A stretch of 64,000 nucleotides of DNA from Lophium mytilinum. Taxonomy: Eukaryota. The stretch spans positions 1,313,533 to 1,377,532 of the forward strand of contig MU004199.1 in assembly GCA_010093605.1 (NCBI GenBank), read 5' to 3'. Within the stretch, counting starts at the first letter, position 1, and the number at the start of each line of letters is the position of its first letter. Under the pieces are notes generated by a model that searched no databases, was not told where the DNA came from, and worked only from the letters and a program-made list of their open reading frames with translations. The translations under genes and the position numbers were made by a program. Positions 47,025-59,289 of the stretch are shown here, one piece after another.

Positions 47025-49151
47025 CTAATTCTTCGGCTCCTTCGCCTTCTTCTCCTCGCTCTTGAACCACGCCGCTAGCTCCTGTAGCCATTTCTGGAAC
47101 TCCGCCCACCAGTTTTTGCTATTCGTCGGCGGGGCAACGGGAGGTGCAGAAGTCGGTGTGGAGGTTGGGACAGCGCCGTTGCCGCCATAGCCGCCTATTG
47201 TGCGTGAAGATGTCACAAGGGTTGAGTATGGCACTAGTGAGGACGGGAGGGTGAAGTGCGGAATGCTGCTTGGGGGGCTCGGAAACCCGGAGACGCTGGA
47301 GCTGACCGCGGTAGGGGACAGTTCAGTGGTAGCGTACACTCCAGAAGAAAAGACCGAGCTGGAGACGGGAGCGACTGCCGTTGAAATTTCAGTACCAGTG
47401 GGGAAGAGCGCCGTCGTGTTCAAGACGACATTTCCGCCAGTTGAGACGGCGTTCAGAGACGTGCTAGGCGCCGTTGGAGCAAGGGAATAGCTAACGCTGA
47501 GGCTGATGGAGCTCGTGGGGGCTGGCGGCGCAGAGGGGAATCCAGAACTTGCGGTGAGGGTGGGATAACCAGTTCCAACCGGCCCAGTGGCGTCAGGTCC
47601 TGTGAAGTAAGCAAAGGAAGAGGGAACAAAGGTTGGGAACAAGTCGGTAGTGTCGGTGGTGGGAGATCCAGTGCCAACAGGTCCGGTAGCGCCAGGCCCC
47701 GTGAAATAGGAAAAGGCAGAGGGAACAAAGGTCGGGAACAAGTCGGTGGTATCGGTGGTGAGAGCAAGCGGGCAGACCGTCGTGTAAACTGGGATCACAG
47801 AGGTGATCACATGAGTCGAGTGAGCTGGGCAGTTGGGAAACTCAGAGGCGCATAGAGTCGTAGTAATAACCGTCGTCGTGTAGACCACAGACGTTGTCCA
47901 GACAGTCGTGTCGGGGCTTCCGGCCGAGCTTGATGGCGCGCCAACCGGCGTAATCACGGGAGAACCAGTGCTAATAGGGAACAGGTCGGTAGAAGATAGT
48001 ATGGGAACACTATACGATAGTACGGGGCTTGACCCAGGCGCAGTTCCAGAAGGCGACGGGGGGAACCCAGAGCCACTCGGGAAAGATCCGGTTCCAGTGC
48101 CAACGACGGGCGGGAGGTTGGAGGTCTCAGCAGCCTGCAGGGAAGTGGATGGGACCGCTGACTCGGATGCTCCAGTCTCGCTTGCAGTTAGAGTGCAGAC
48201 AGTGGTGGAGACAGCGATGACAGAAGTCACATATACCACACCGCCAGCGTTGGAGCTAGTCAATGTGACGGTTGTGAAAACGGTCGATGTATAGACAGGA
48301 ACGGAGTACGACGTAACTCCTGTAGCAGCAATCTCGGTTGAGGACGGAATGGCCGCGGAAGACGATACTTCGGTGGCCGCAAGCGACGACGACGGCACAA
48401 CGGTGGGAATAACACCCGTTAAGAATGTCGGTATGAGCTGAGTTGAGACTAAGGATGGCGCCAGGGAGTAGCTGATCGTCAAGTTTGAGCCGACGGTTGG
48501 TACTGGGAAGGAAGCTCCCCCGGACCCGGTGGGTAGGTAAGTAGAGAACGGGAACGGGAACGGAGGCGGGGACATAGGCGCAGTTCCTAGGGATGGCGTG
48601 ATCAATGAGCTTGACGGGAATGCCAGCATGGTAGTCGACGAGGTTGTAGGCGAAAGCTCCGTTGTCGATGGTGGAGGAAGCGTGAACGGGATTGTGTAGT
48701 TCGAGAGTGCGCTGGATGGAGACACTGCGGTGCCCCCGAGTGACGATGAAGGATAGACAGCAGTGCCCGTCGATGGCAAGGGGGTGAATGGGACCGTAAA
48801 GCTGACTCCTGGTCTAGTCCCGGATGTAACTAGTATGGTCGACACCGAGCTGGAAGTTGACGACGAAGCTACACTGATCACAGTGCTAGATTCCACGGGT
48901 GGGGTAACCGTAGTGATGAAGAATGTGAAGCTGGAGCTGGAGCTGGAGCTGAGACTGGACCCACCAGTGACCTCGGTTGGAGACAGCTTGGTGGAAGTAA
49001 CGGCGGTTGATTCTGAGGCGGTTGATGCTGAGACTGTCGCACTGCTCGACTTGGAGGGCTGGCCGTAGCCATATTGTGGGACAGGGCCGGCAACAGCGGC
49101 GCCAATCTGGCTCGCAGCCACAAGTATGGAGAGGTTATCAGAGAACCTCAT
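47025..49151 (-). CDS. Secreted/cell-wall Ser/Thr/Pro-rich protein
   Basis: Signal peptide MRFSDNLSILVAASQIGAAVA; VTSVIAVSTTVC and TTLCASEFPNCP flocculin-like motifs; duplicated 33-aa unit; Trp-rich amphipathic C-terminus. Confidence 0.8.
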   Translation of the reverse strand: MRFSDNLSILVAASQIGAAVAGPVPQYGYGQPSKSSSATVSASTASESTAVTSTKLSPTEVTGGSSLSSSSSSSFTFFITTVTPPVESSTVISVASSSTSSSVSTILVTSGTRPGVSFTVPFTPLPSTGTAVYPSSSLGGTAVSPSSALSNYTIPFTLPPPSTTELSPTTSSTTMLAFPSSSLITPSLGTAPMSPPPFPFPFSTYLPTGSGGASFPVPTVGSNLTISYSLAPSLVSTQLIPTFLTGVIPTVVPSSSLAATEVSSSAAIPSSTEIAATGVTSYSVPVYTSTVFTTVTLTSSNAGGVVYVTSVIAVSTTVCTLTASETGASESAVPSTSLQAAETSNLPPVVGTGTGSFPSGSGFPPSPSGTAPGSSPVLSYSVPILSSTDLFPISTGSPVITPVGAPSSSAGSPDTTVWTTSVVYTTTVITTTLCASEFPNCPAHSTHVITSVIPVYTTVCPLALTTDTTDLFPTFVPSAFSYFTGPGATGPVGTGSPTTDTTDLFPTFVPSSFAYFTGPDATGPVGTGYPTLTASSGFPSAPPAPTSSISLSVSYSLAPTAPSTSLNAVSTGGNVVLNTTALFPTGTEISTAVAPVSSSVFSSGVYATTELSPTAVSSSVSGFPSPPSSIPHFTLPSSLVPYSTLVTSSRTIGGYGGNGAVPTSTPTSAPPVAPPTNSKNWWAEFQKWLQELAAWFKSEEKKAKEPKN

Positions 49152-50538
49152 TGTGCTGAGAAACGAAATGAACCTTTTCTGACTGGAATCGTACAGATGT
49201 GGTGAAAGAAACGGCACTGCCTGGTAAACGAATGTAAAGAACGGACAGAAAAGAGCGTCGAGCCTAAAAAAATGCTCAGTGAATCCAACAAAGAGAGGTC
49301 GAAGGATGAGAGAGAAGGCGGGAGCTAGAGGCCGGTCAATGGTAGATATAGAAGGGATTGAATCCAGATTTGGCCCCATGGGCTCCTCTAATTCTACACT
49401 CAGGCATGATCGATGCCCCAAACACGAAATTGGTCAAGGGTTATTTGTTTCTCGGGAGCTGCGCCTTCACGGCCTGCTCCGCGCAAACAACAGAGAACTG
49501 AAACTCTGGGCGTAGGCCCAAGCAGCGAGATCCCGGGTGGGCTCAAGATGAGCACAAGGGTGTGCCGACGCAGCCTCAGTCCATGGAGTCTAGGCTTATG
49601 TCAATCAGACGGTGAAATCGAGCCGACAACAGGCTCATCAATGGCCATTCTGGATGTGATTGTTGGCAGCGATATCTGACAGCGTCCCGCAGGATGGGCT
49701 TGAACGTGACAGAAGACAACCAATCCTCCTGCGAGTGTCAGCGGCAGCGAAGATGAGGCTGTTCAACGCGGTTAGCTCAAGCCTTTTTCAATTAGATGCC
49801 GTGGTAGGATGCTGGCGTTGTGTGGCACGAGGGGAATGAAAGGAGTGAGGGATGGGCGCTGCCCCACTGTTTTGCAAGCGGGCAGAGTGGAACCGAAACG
49901 CGCCCCGGACGCCACAAACAAACTCCCGAGCCAGCGACTCACGACCCTCAATTCCTTGAAACAAGCACCGTGCAGTCATCCAACTCTCATATCAGCTTTG
50001 TTTCCTTGGGTTCTCCCTGTGCTGCAAACCTAATACATGAACCATCCTAGCCAAGTCAGCGTCACAGTGAGCACACTCTCCAGAACAGGTTGGACGTCAG
50101 TCATCAGATCTATCAAAAAGCTGTGCAACTCCAACAGACACTTCATGGATGCACTTCCCTCGCAGGGGCCGTCTAGTACCGCCAATTTAAACTTGTTAAT
50201 AGCCAAGATGCTGCCAGCTTCGTGAATTGCCAGCTACATTTTGCCGTACTGTGCGACTAGTCCTCTGATGCAGATATACCATAATATATTGACATTATAT
50301 TCTAAGTCATCAGTTCGATTGGTTTTGAGTTGTAATTACTATTGACTGATATTTATTTGAGTGAAAACTGGAATTCGTTGTCCCGAGGCAGAAGCCCCCG
50401 ATGCTTGAGATCGCATGCATGAAGATGATGCTAAGCATAAGCGGCTACTTCAGCCCATTGAGCAGATTCAAGGCCAATCGTGGCAAGTCGCCGCTTCAAT
50501 TTCACTTCGTCTCGATCGGTCCTCCATGGAAGTAGTTC

Positions 50539-53223
50539 TCACTCTAGCGCAAAGCAGCGCTCAACACTCTCCGCATTGTTGCCCCACCAATTCGGCATCG
50601 AAACCACTTTGCCCGAGCTGAAGAACACAAAGATCATCAACATGGAGATGTTGAACGCCGCATCGCAGGCCGCCGCAATCTGGAAATTGTACCGGCGCCA
50701 TGTCTCAAACCTCTTGCGGTAGAAGTACCGCATACTGAACCAAGCGACGATGAGGCGGCTCGTGTATCCCGTGCTGAGATTGCCATAAAACACGGATACG
50801 CCCGACGCGAAAATGGTGACGTTCCAGAGCTGGAATTTGGCGCGCGGGAAGAGGCGATGCAGGGCGAAGATGACGAAGGGAGCACCAGCGCCGAAGAGGA
50901 ACGCCCAGGGGAGAGGGTGGTATATGTGTTGAGCGAAGAGGCGTTTAGGACCGACTAAAACATATTGGACGGCGAGGGTATTGTAAGAAGACAGGGATTG
51001 ACCAGTCCATTGGTTGAGAGGGCTAGAGCAGTAAGCAGTGAGCTGGAAGAGGTTGGCTGCAGAGTGTACTTACTCTTTCTTATTACCAAGAAGATATTCA
51101 CCCTTGGCTGAAAGGACCCATTTAATGATACCATAATTGATTGGTACGCCGATCAGTGTACCCAGTATCTGACTGAAGAAGAGGTCTCGTGGCGGGATGT
51201 GCATATAGTGCCCGATCTTTTGGTCCTGTAGCATGTATTGTGCGCGGTACCTATCAAACCGTGATTAGTAGACTCAAAAGAAAATAATACGTGGAACTCA
51301 CCAGATATCGCCTGCAATCGCTCCATACGTTGACGAACCGGCGGGGTGCCTATGATTAGCCCCAGCCTTGGTATGGATCATGTAGCCATAGATCAGCTCG
51401 TTGAATGAGCCGATTGGGACTTGGTAGTTCGAGAGGGAGTACAGCCATGCGAATGGGATGATCATGAATCCTGAAGTAAATAGTGCCACAATGAAGGTCC
51501 ATATCGGGATGAAGAAAAGGCCTTTAGCAAGAATCGTGATGATGGTGACGAAGGACCCGACAAACAAGGCTATGTACCACCATAACGGAACCTCTTTGTA
51601 CGCACGCTGAAGGACATTGAGTCTGTCGGAGTAGAGATGGTTGACGGACTGCGCACCTTGCCTCCGGGCTCGGATATGCAGCTTCTGAATTGTTTCACGG
51701 ATCTTGGGCCATCCAAACAGAATCATCCAGGTCAAGGCGGAGATATAAGAAGAGTAATCGAAGAACAAGGCCCATATCTGCTGGGTCCCCATGTACGCTG
51801 TGTTCGGATGGATAAGCAGAGGAAGATGCACAACCTTTGGACTCGTCACGTACCTGGTCCGTAAAATGCGTAGGCAGTTTCGTTCATGGTGTTGTCCGAT
51901 CCTATCAAAGCAGTGAGTGGATATCTGGTTCCATTGGCCAAGAACAATCGATTCGACATCAACCCGCTTTTTCGAATAGATTAGCAGAGGAAGAAGCACA
52001 GTTTTTGGACTCGTAACATACTACTTGAATCCTCCGAGGTCGCCCCACTTTGCCGCAGGCAGAAGAACCCAGCAGTTGAATGCGAAGGCAATGAAGAGAA
52101 CCACGCTAGTCCAGTATGGCATGACCATTGGATTTCCGTAGGCAGTCGATATGTTAGACCAATCCAGAGTCAGGTTGAGAAAGCCCATGCCGCCAATGCC
52201 TCCTCCGATGAAATTGGCAACGGCGTTCTCTGGAGCAACCCAACACAGGAAGGACAACGAGCTGAGGAAGGGGAAGACGTATTCAGGTAAAAATTGCCAG
52301 AGCGTCACACCGACCAGGACGGCAAAGAAGACGTTTTTCTGTTTCCGGCCAATCCTAGAATTTACAGATGACGACTTGAGTGTCTCGAAAAGCGCGGTCT
52401 GCATAAGCGATTGCGGCCAGATGTAGATAGGGTCGTAGATGAGGAATTGCCTAGCGAGGGCCGCCATTGCATATCCGAGATAGACGATGGCCCACATGAA
52501 GAATATACATGCAGCCGCTGGGATCTTGTCGCCGTAGTACAGCTCGGCCAGCGAGATGGCGGTCCACGCAGCATTCGAAGTGGCGCCTGAGTTTGCTGTG
52601 ACGGTCACGAGAACATGTTCTGGAGAAACGTTAACACACGAATGAATTTTTCTGGCGAGGCATGCCCATACCTTTAGAGTTCCAGGGGCCGGGATTGAGA
52701 CTGAAGCCCCATTTGGTGAATGGGACTCGAATCGTCTTCGCAGGCAATATACGAGCAAGCCACAGGCCAACATAATGAGAAGCTACAACCCGTAAGTAAT
52801 CTACTAAGACACCTCGTTGAGTCCACAATACGCACCCACTTGCACAAAAAGGATGCTGTAAGGAGATGCTGTCGTCCGATATATTCCCATCTGATACAGC
52901 ACTGCTCCTGGAGAGATGAACAGAACCGTGAGGACGAAGTACCGGAACGTAAGGGTCGGCAAAGTTGGATCATCCTCCAGGTTTACAATCCGACGAACGG
53001 TCAGTGGGAGCTCGAGGACGTCGGGTTCGAGATCTTCCTCCGCTTCATGCTTGGCAGTGGAGTCGTTTGGATCAACGGCAATTTCGGGGTCAAGCTTCTC
53101 GTTGCCAGTCTCCACGGGCGCCTTCGTACTAGAAGGACTTATCGGGGTGGGCTGAATGGTGTCTTCCGAAGCATCCTCGCTCGCTGTCGGCTTCCTCTGG
53201 AAGCGCCTGACGAGAGACGCCAT
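50539..53223 (-). CDS. OPT-family oligopeptide transporter, multi-exon
   Basis: EDDPTLPTLTFRY, FSLNPGPW, WQFLPEYVFPFLSSLS, GMGFLNLTLDW, YKEVPLWWY, QDQKIGHYMHIPPR, WRRYNFQIAAACD, NWWGN. Confidence 0.9.
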
Positions 53224-54412
53224 GTCGAGTGGCTGCAGAGACTACTGCAGGTGCTGCACTCGATGTAGATTTGAGGCTGTACCGCTCAGCGCGGTCAAGT
53301 GAGGTTGATGAAGGCAGGAGCAGGGTCCAATCACGCCATGCAGCGCGTGGCATTCTACCATTTTATCATTTCAAGAAATGCATCGCATGTTTGGTACGAC
53401 ATATGGCCCCGCAATCGCGCAAGGCTTTCGTGCTTCAATACGTGAGCATTGTTGCAGTCGGTAAGCCTGGGGACTGGGGGTCTGGGGACACGAAAGAAAT
53501 TGGTGCTGTAACCTGCCTGTTTCAGCGAATGATCTTCCGTCGCATAGTCTAATATTATTCGCAATTCAGTCCCAGAGAAGAGAATTTTCACATTTACCTA
53601 AGTAATGATTGTACGATATGGACTCGCCTGCATCAAATCCAGCAAGTCCCTGAGCCTTTTGCCTGCAATCCCAAGGCGCGTTCCAGAGGCACGGGCAGAG
53701 ACTATGCCGAGCAAGAATCAGACTGTTAATTTCAAGCCGTCTCATGATGAAATCTTTCCATCGCTGCATGGCTCCCCCGTTCTCGCGAGACCACACACAC
53801 GGTAAAGCGGATTACTAGGCTCGGAAGCTGTTCTCAATGAGGGTGCAAGTCGAGCCCGCGCTGACGGATCGGTATGTCGAACATTTCCATGAGACAGGGA
53901 TAGGCTCCCGGTATGCGATGCGCCGTGTCCCATTAAGCATCGGGATCAGAGCACAAGAGTTCTAGCCTTCAAGCTTCTATTCCGTCAAAGCTTCTCGGCT
54001 GCTCGGGATTTGTGGTTCTCGTGGTAGGTGGATGATCATGATTCTCGGAGCAACAGAGGGCCCTACTCGTGGCAAAGTATCTACGCTTTCGGACGCAGGT
54101 GGAGAGATAGGAAAGTCACGAAGTCACGAAACCTCGAATGGGCGAGCTCTGTTCCTGTCTTTCAGTAGGCGTGCGTGCACCAAAGGGAGTGTGGATAAGG
54201 TTGGAATGGAAGGCCTGAAACGGAACGCCTCAAGAAAGCTTGGCTTCTAGCTACCGCGGTTTAGACTCCTCTCAATTAAGTAGTTTCAGTTTCAGGGTTC
54301 AAACCCACGTCCCAGTCGATATCCTATACCAAAGTCCCTAACATTATTGCCGTGTAAGAGGTTTCAACCCAGGCATCACTTTCAAAAACCACTGTCCGTG
54401 TGCGCAAACGCT

Positions 54413-54778
54413 ATGGCGAGGACTGTACTTGTAGACGTTCGTACGCCGGGAGAATTTGCAACTGGGTTCCTAGGTTCAGCCATCAACATCGAATATCAAG
54501 ACATCAGCCAGCTCGCTGAACGTGCCAGCAAGACAGACGAAATCACACTTTATTGCCGCTCTGGACGTCGATCCGGAATCGCATTGGAGACTCTCAAATC
54601 ATTGGGGTTCGAGAGTGTGCGCGATATCGGTGGATTGGAAGAGGCCAGGGAAACGCTCCGAAAGGAAGAGATCCAGCGCTCTCGCGTACTACCCAAGGAC
54701 ATCACCTCAAAGGAGTCATTAGACAGCTCTTGGAGAAAGCTACTAGATGGGTTAAAGACCCAGACCGACGAGAGTTGA
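54413..54778 (+). CDS. Small single-domain rhodanese (PspE/GlpE-like)
   Basis: LVDVRTPGEFATG...AINI, active-site loop YCRSGRRS, V-R-D-I-GG. Confidence 0.85.
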   Translation: MARTVLVDVRTPGEFATGFLGSAINIEYQDISQLAERASKTDEITLYCRSGRRSGIALETLKSLGFESVRDIGGLEEARETLRKEEIQRSRVLPKDITSKESLDSSWRKLLDGLKTQTDES

Positions 54779-54901
54779 AGGGTTGGGTTGCAGTCACGTG
54801 CGGAATATCACGTGTGCGGAACTTGCCGCGTTGTTGATCTTCATCCCGCCGATTGTTTTGACGCGTCCCGCAAAGAACTCCAGCCCGTCCACACCGCCGC
54901 C

Positions 54902-57900
54902 ATGAGGGTTGTCGAAGTAGTCATAGACGTAAGTGAGGTGTCTAATGCCGAGAGAGCAGCAGCTAACCATTTCTAGGGTTTCAAATCGTACGCCGTCCGC
55001 ACGGTAATTTCAGGATGGTGAGTGCCGCTCCAGCTCACAACAAACTGACTTCTGACACCGCAAAGGGACGAGAGCTTCAATGCAGTCACCGGCCTCAACG
55101 GCAGTGGCAAATCTAACATTCTCGACTCGATATGCTTTGTTCTCGGTATTACCAATATGAGCACTGTTCGCGCTCAGAACTTGCAGGTATGGCGTCTCGG
55201 GCAAGAAAGCTGGCTGGGCGCAGTCTCTGACCAATTTTAGGACCTTATATACAAGCGCGGTCAAGCCGGAGTGACCAAGGCCAGTGTTACCATCGTCTTC
55301 GACAACCGAGACAAGAAGAAGAGCCCCATCGGCTTCGAGGAATACGCACAAATCTCGGTGACGAGGCAGATCGTGCTTGGGGGAACCAGCAAATACCTGA
55401 TCAACGGACACCGAGCGCAGCAGCAAACAGTCCAAAACCTCTTCCAATCCGTCCAGCTGAACATCAACAACCCGAATTTTTTGATCATGCAAGGTCGCAT
55501 TACCAAGGTGCTGAACATGAAACCCGTGGAAATACTTGCAATGATTGAGGAGGCTGCCGGAACGCGAATGTTTGAGGACCGGCGGGACAAAGCATTCAAG
55601 ACAATGGCCAAAAAGGAAATGAAGGTTCAAGAGATCACCGAATTGCTGCGCGATGAGATCGACCCCAAGCTGGACAAGCTTCGCCAGGAGAAACGAGCAT
55701 TTCTAGATTTTCAGCAAACACAGAGCGACCTTGAGCGGCTCACCAGATTGGTAGTGGCCCACGACTACGTGCGATACAAAGCGAAGCTACAACAGTCCGC
55801 GGATGACCTGGAGGCGAAGAAACAAAGAGCGAAGGATCTTGAAGAGTCTGCTGTGCGGCTCAAGAACGAGATTTCGTTCCTCCAGGAAGACATTAAGAAA
55901 GTCAAAGCCACCAGAGAGAAGGAGCTTCGCAAGGGCGGCAAGTTCCAGGCTTTGGAAGACGATGTCAAAACTCACTCGCACGAAATTGTTCGCCTTAGCA
56001 CTGTTTTGGACCTGAAAAAATCTAGCATGGCTGAAGAGGAAGATAGGAGGAAGAAGGTTGAGAAGAGCGTGCAAGAGCTAGAGACACAGTTGAAGCAGAA
56101 AACTGGAGTGTATGAGAAATTCCAGCAAAAGTACAAGACCGCGCACGACGAGCTGACCAAGCAAACCGAGGAGGTGGAGAAGAAGGAAGAGCTCCTCCAA
56201 ACTCTCCAGACTGGTGTAGCGTCTAAAGAAGGGCAAGAAAGCGGCTACCAAGGGCAGCTTCAAGACGCAAGGAATCGGGTCAGTACTGCGGCAACAGAAC
56301 AGGAGCAAGCAAAGTTGAAGATCACCCATCTCGAGAAACGCATCAAGGAGGAGGAGCCCCGAGCGAAGAAGGCCAAGGATCAGAACTCAGGCCTTTTGAA
56401 GGATTTAGAGGCTCTCCGAGCGCAGGCCAAGAAACTCGAGGCCGACCTCGGAAAGCTTGGGTTCGAACCTGGAATGGAAGAAGACATGTACAAGCAGGAA
56501 ACGGCATTTCAGACTCGAGTACGCGAGCTTCGACAACAAGCTGATGGCTTGAAGCGAAAGGTTGCCAACATTGACTTCAGTTACAGCGACCCGTCGCCAA
56601 GCTTCGACCGATCCAAGGTCAAGGGTTTGGTAGCTCAGCTGTTTACTCTCAAAAAGGAGCACACGCGTGCAGGAACTGCGCTGGAGGTCTGTGCGGGTGG
56701 TCGTCTTTACAACGTGGTCGTAGACACTTCAGAGACGGGCAAGGAACTTCTAGATCACGGCAAACTAAAGAAGCGGGTCACTATCATCCCGTTAAACAAG
56801 ATATCGGCATTCCGTGCGTCTGCAGAGGTAAGGCAACCTTGCTCTCCGTGCTGTTGAACTCGACTGACAAATGTGGCAGAAACTTGGTGCCGCTCAGAAA
56901 GTTGCACCTGGGAAGGTCGACCTAGCACTTGATCTGATAGGCTATGATGACGAAATCACGGCTGGTATGGAGTTTGTGTTCGGGTCGACCTTCATCTGCG
57001 AGGACGCCGACACTGCGAAACGCGTAACCTTCGATCCTGCAGTCCGGATGAAAAGCGTTACACTTGAAGGAGACGTCTACGACCCTTCCGGCACACTCTC
57101 CGGGGGTAGTGCGCCCCAGTCAAGTGGTGTGCTCGTCACCCTTCAAAAGCTCAACGAACTTACCAAGGATCTTACTGCCCAGGAACAGAGTCTGGCTTCG
57201 CTGCAAGCAACAATCTCCAGAGAGAAGAAAAAGTTGGATGCTGCTCGGAAAACTAAACAAGAACTTGATTTGAAGACCCACGAGATCAAGCTTACCGAGG
57301 AGCAAATTAGTGGCAATTCCTCTTCTTCGGTATGCCCTTTCAGCCTTTGAAGCAGATTATATCACTAACACACCGTAGATCATTCAAGCAGTCGAAGAAA
57401 TGAAGGCCACCATCACGCAATTGAAGAAGGATATCGCCGATGCCAAGACAAGACATGATGAGGCCTCGAAAGATATCAAACGGATCGAGCGTGACATGAG
57501 CGAGTTTACGAACAATAAAGACAGCAAGCTTGCCGAGCTGCAGTCAACGCTGGACAAGTTGAAGAAAACCTTGAGCAAGAACTCTGCGTCAATCAAGCCG
57601 CTTCAAGCAGAAATGCGGGAAGCCATGGTCGACTCTGAGCAATGCGGTGGCGATCTTGCTGCAGCGCAAGAGCAACTTCAGGACACCCAGACTACTCTAG
57701 CAACCCAGCAAGAAGAGATCGATGCTCTTGTAGCTGAACAAGCTCGCGTGAAGGTATTGTTTTCCTAGGTCTTGCATTTCCGGATATTTGCTGATGACAC
57801 ACCAGGATGCTCACGATCTCGCTTCAGCTCACCTTTCGGATGAACAAGCTAAGCTAACCGGATTCGACGACGAATTACGAGCTCTAGAAGAGGCAACTCG

Positions 57901-58795
57901 ATCTAAATCCGCGCTCATCACCGAGGAGGGTCTTGAGCAACAAAAGCTTGGTCACCAGATCGAGAAGTTCCACAAAGAGCAAGAATCAGCCGCTCATACC
58001 CTCAAGGCGCTCGAGAAGGAGCATGATTGGATTGCCGATGAGTGCGACAACTTTGGACGGTCCGGCTCGCCATACGATTTTAAAGGCCAAAACATGGGCG
58101 AATGCAAATCTACCTTGAAGAACCTCAAGGAACGCTTCCAAGGGATGAAAAACAAAATCAATCCGAAGGTCATGAACATGATTGACAGTGTCGAGAAGAA
58201 GGAGGTCAGTCTTAAAAACATGATGCGGACTGTCATCAAAGATAAGCGCAAGATTGAAGAGACCATTGTCAGCCTGGACGAGTACAAGAAGGAGGCGTTG
58301 CAGAAGACATGGGAAAAGGTCAACGGCGATTTCGGCAACATCTTCAACGAACTGCTCCCTGGTAGTTTTGCCAAACTCGATCCCCCAGAAGGCAAATCTA
58401 TCTCGGATGGATTGGAGGTTAAGGTCTCCCTTGGCAAAGTATGGAAGCAGAGCTTGACAGAACTCAGTGGAGGTCAAAGGCGAGTTTCCTTAGTAATTTG
58501 TTCTAGAGGCATAATCTAACACTCAAACAGGTCGCTGATTGCGCTATCTCTCATCATGGCACTTCTCCAATTCAAACCAGCACCCATGTATATTCTGGAC
58601 GAAGTGGATGCCGCACTTGACCTTTCACACACGCAAAACATTGGACGGCTCATCAAGACACGTTTCAAGGGCTCTCAGTTCATTGTTGTCAGTCTGAAGG
58701 ACGGCATGTTCCAGAACGCCAACCGAATATTCCGAACAAGATTCAGCGAGGGCACAAGCATCGTTCAAGCCCTGACACCTGCAGATCTAAGGTGA
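54902..58795 (+). CDS. SMC2: Condensin subunit Smc2, multi-exon
   Basis: [14 protein letters not shown]; Walker [14 protein letters not shown]; hinge; signature LSGGQR; Walker [23 protein letters not shown]. Confidence 0.97.
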
Positions 58796-59289
58796 TGTCG
58801 TCTTTAGCGTTTTTCGTTCTCGACATGTATTATATTGGGAAGCAATTGGGTAGGCGTGCCGCAGTTGCAGTTATGAGGGTCGATTGATTGCATAAAGAAA
58901 GCGGAAGTCTGGTGTTCGGGCTAGGGTGTGAATATCGGGGCGGTGGACTATTATGACATTGACGACTACTTCAAGTATCGGTTTTACGTGTTTGGAAATT
59001 TGTCCAGTTCCCTCTTTCAAGGTCCCATTTCGTCTTCGCTTCGGAGCTTCTGATGTACTCTCAGCAGGTGGGGAGGACTTCCTTCCTAAAGTTGTCGTTC
59101 CTTCCAGTCGGAGAACGACTCACTGTCTCTTTACTTCCTCTCACTGACTGCTAGCCGCGTCCTCGACTTTTTGTATCATCTTCTCACCTGTAACCGCCAC
59201 TCCACATCCATCTCCTCTGGATTTCCTCCACTCCCTACAATTCTTACTCAAGCGCATTGACATTTCCGACTGTGGGCTGTCACGGGCAT

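Noticed and set aside
54280..54320. tRNA around GGGTTCAAACCC
   Set aside because: B-box-like only; no cloverleaf or acceptor stem could be folded.
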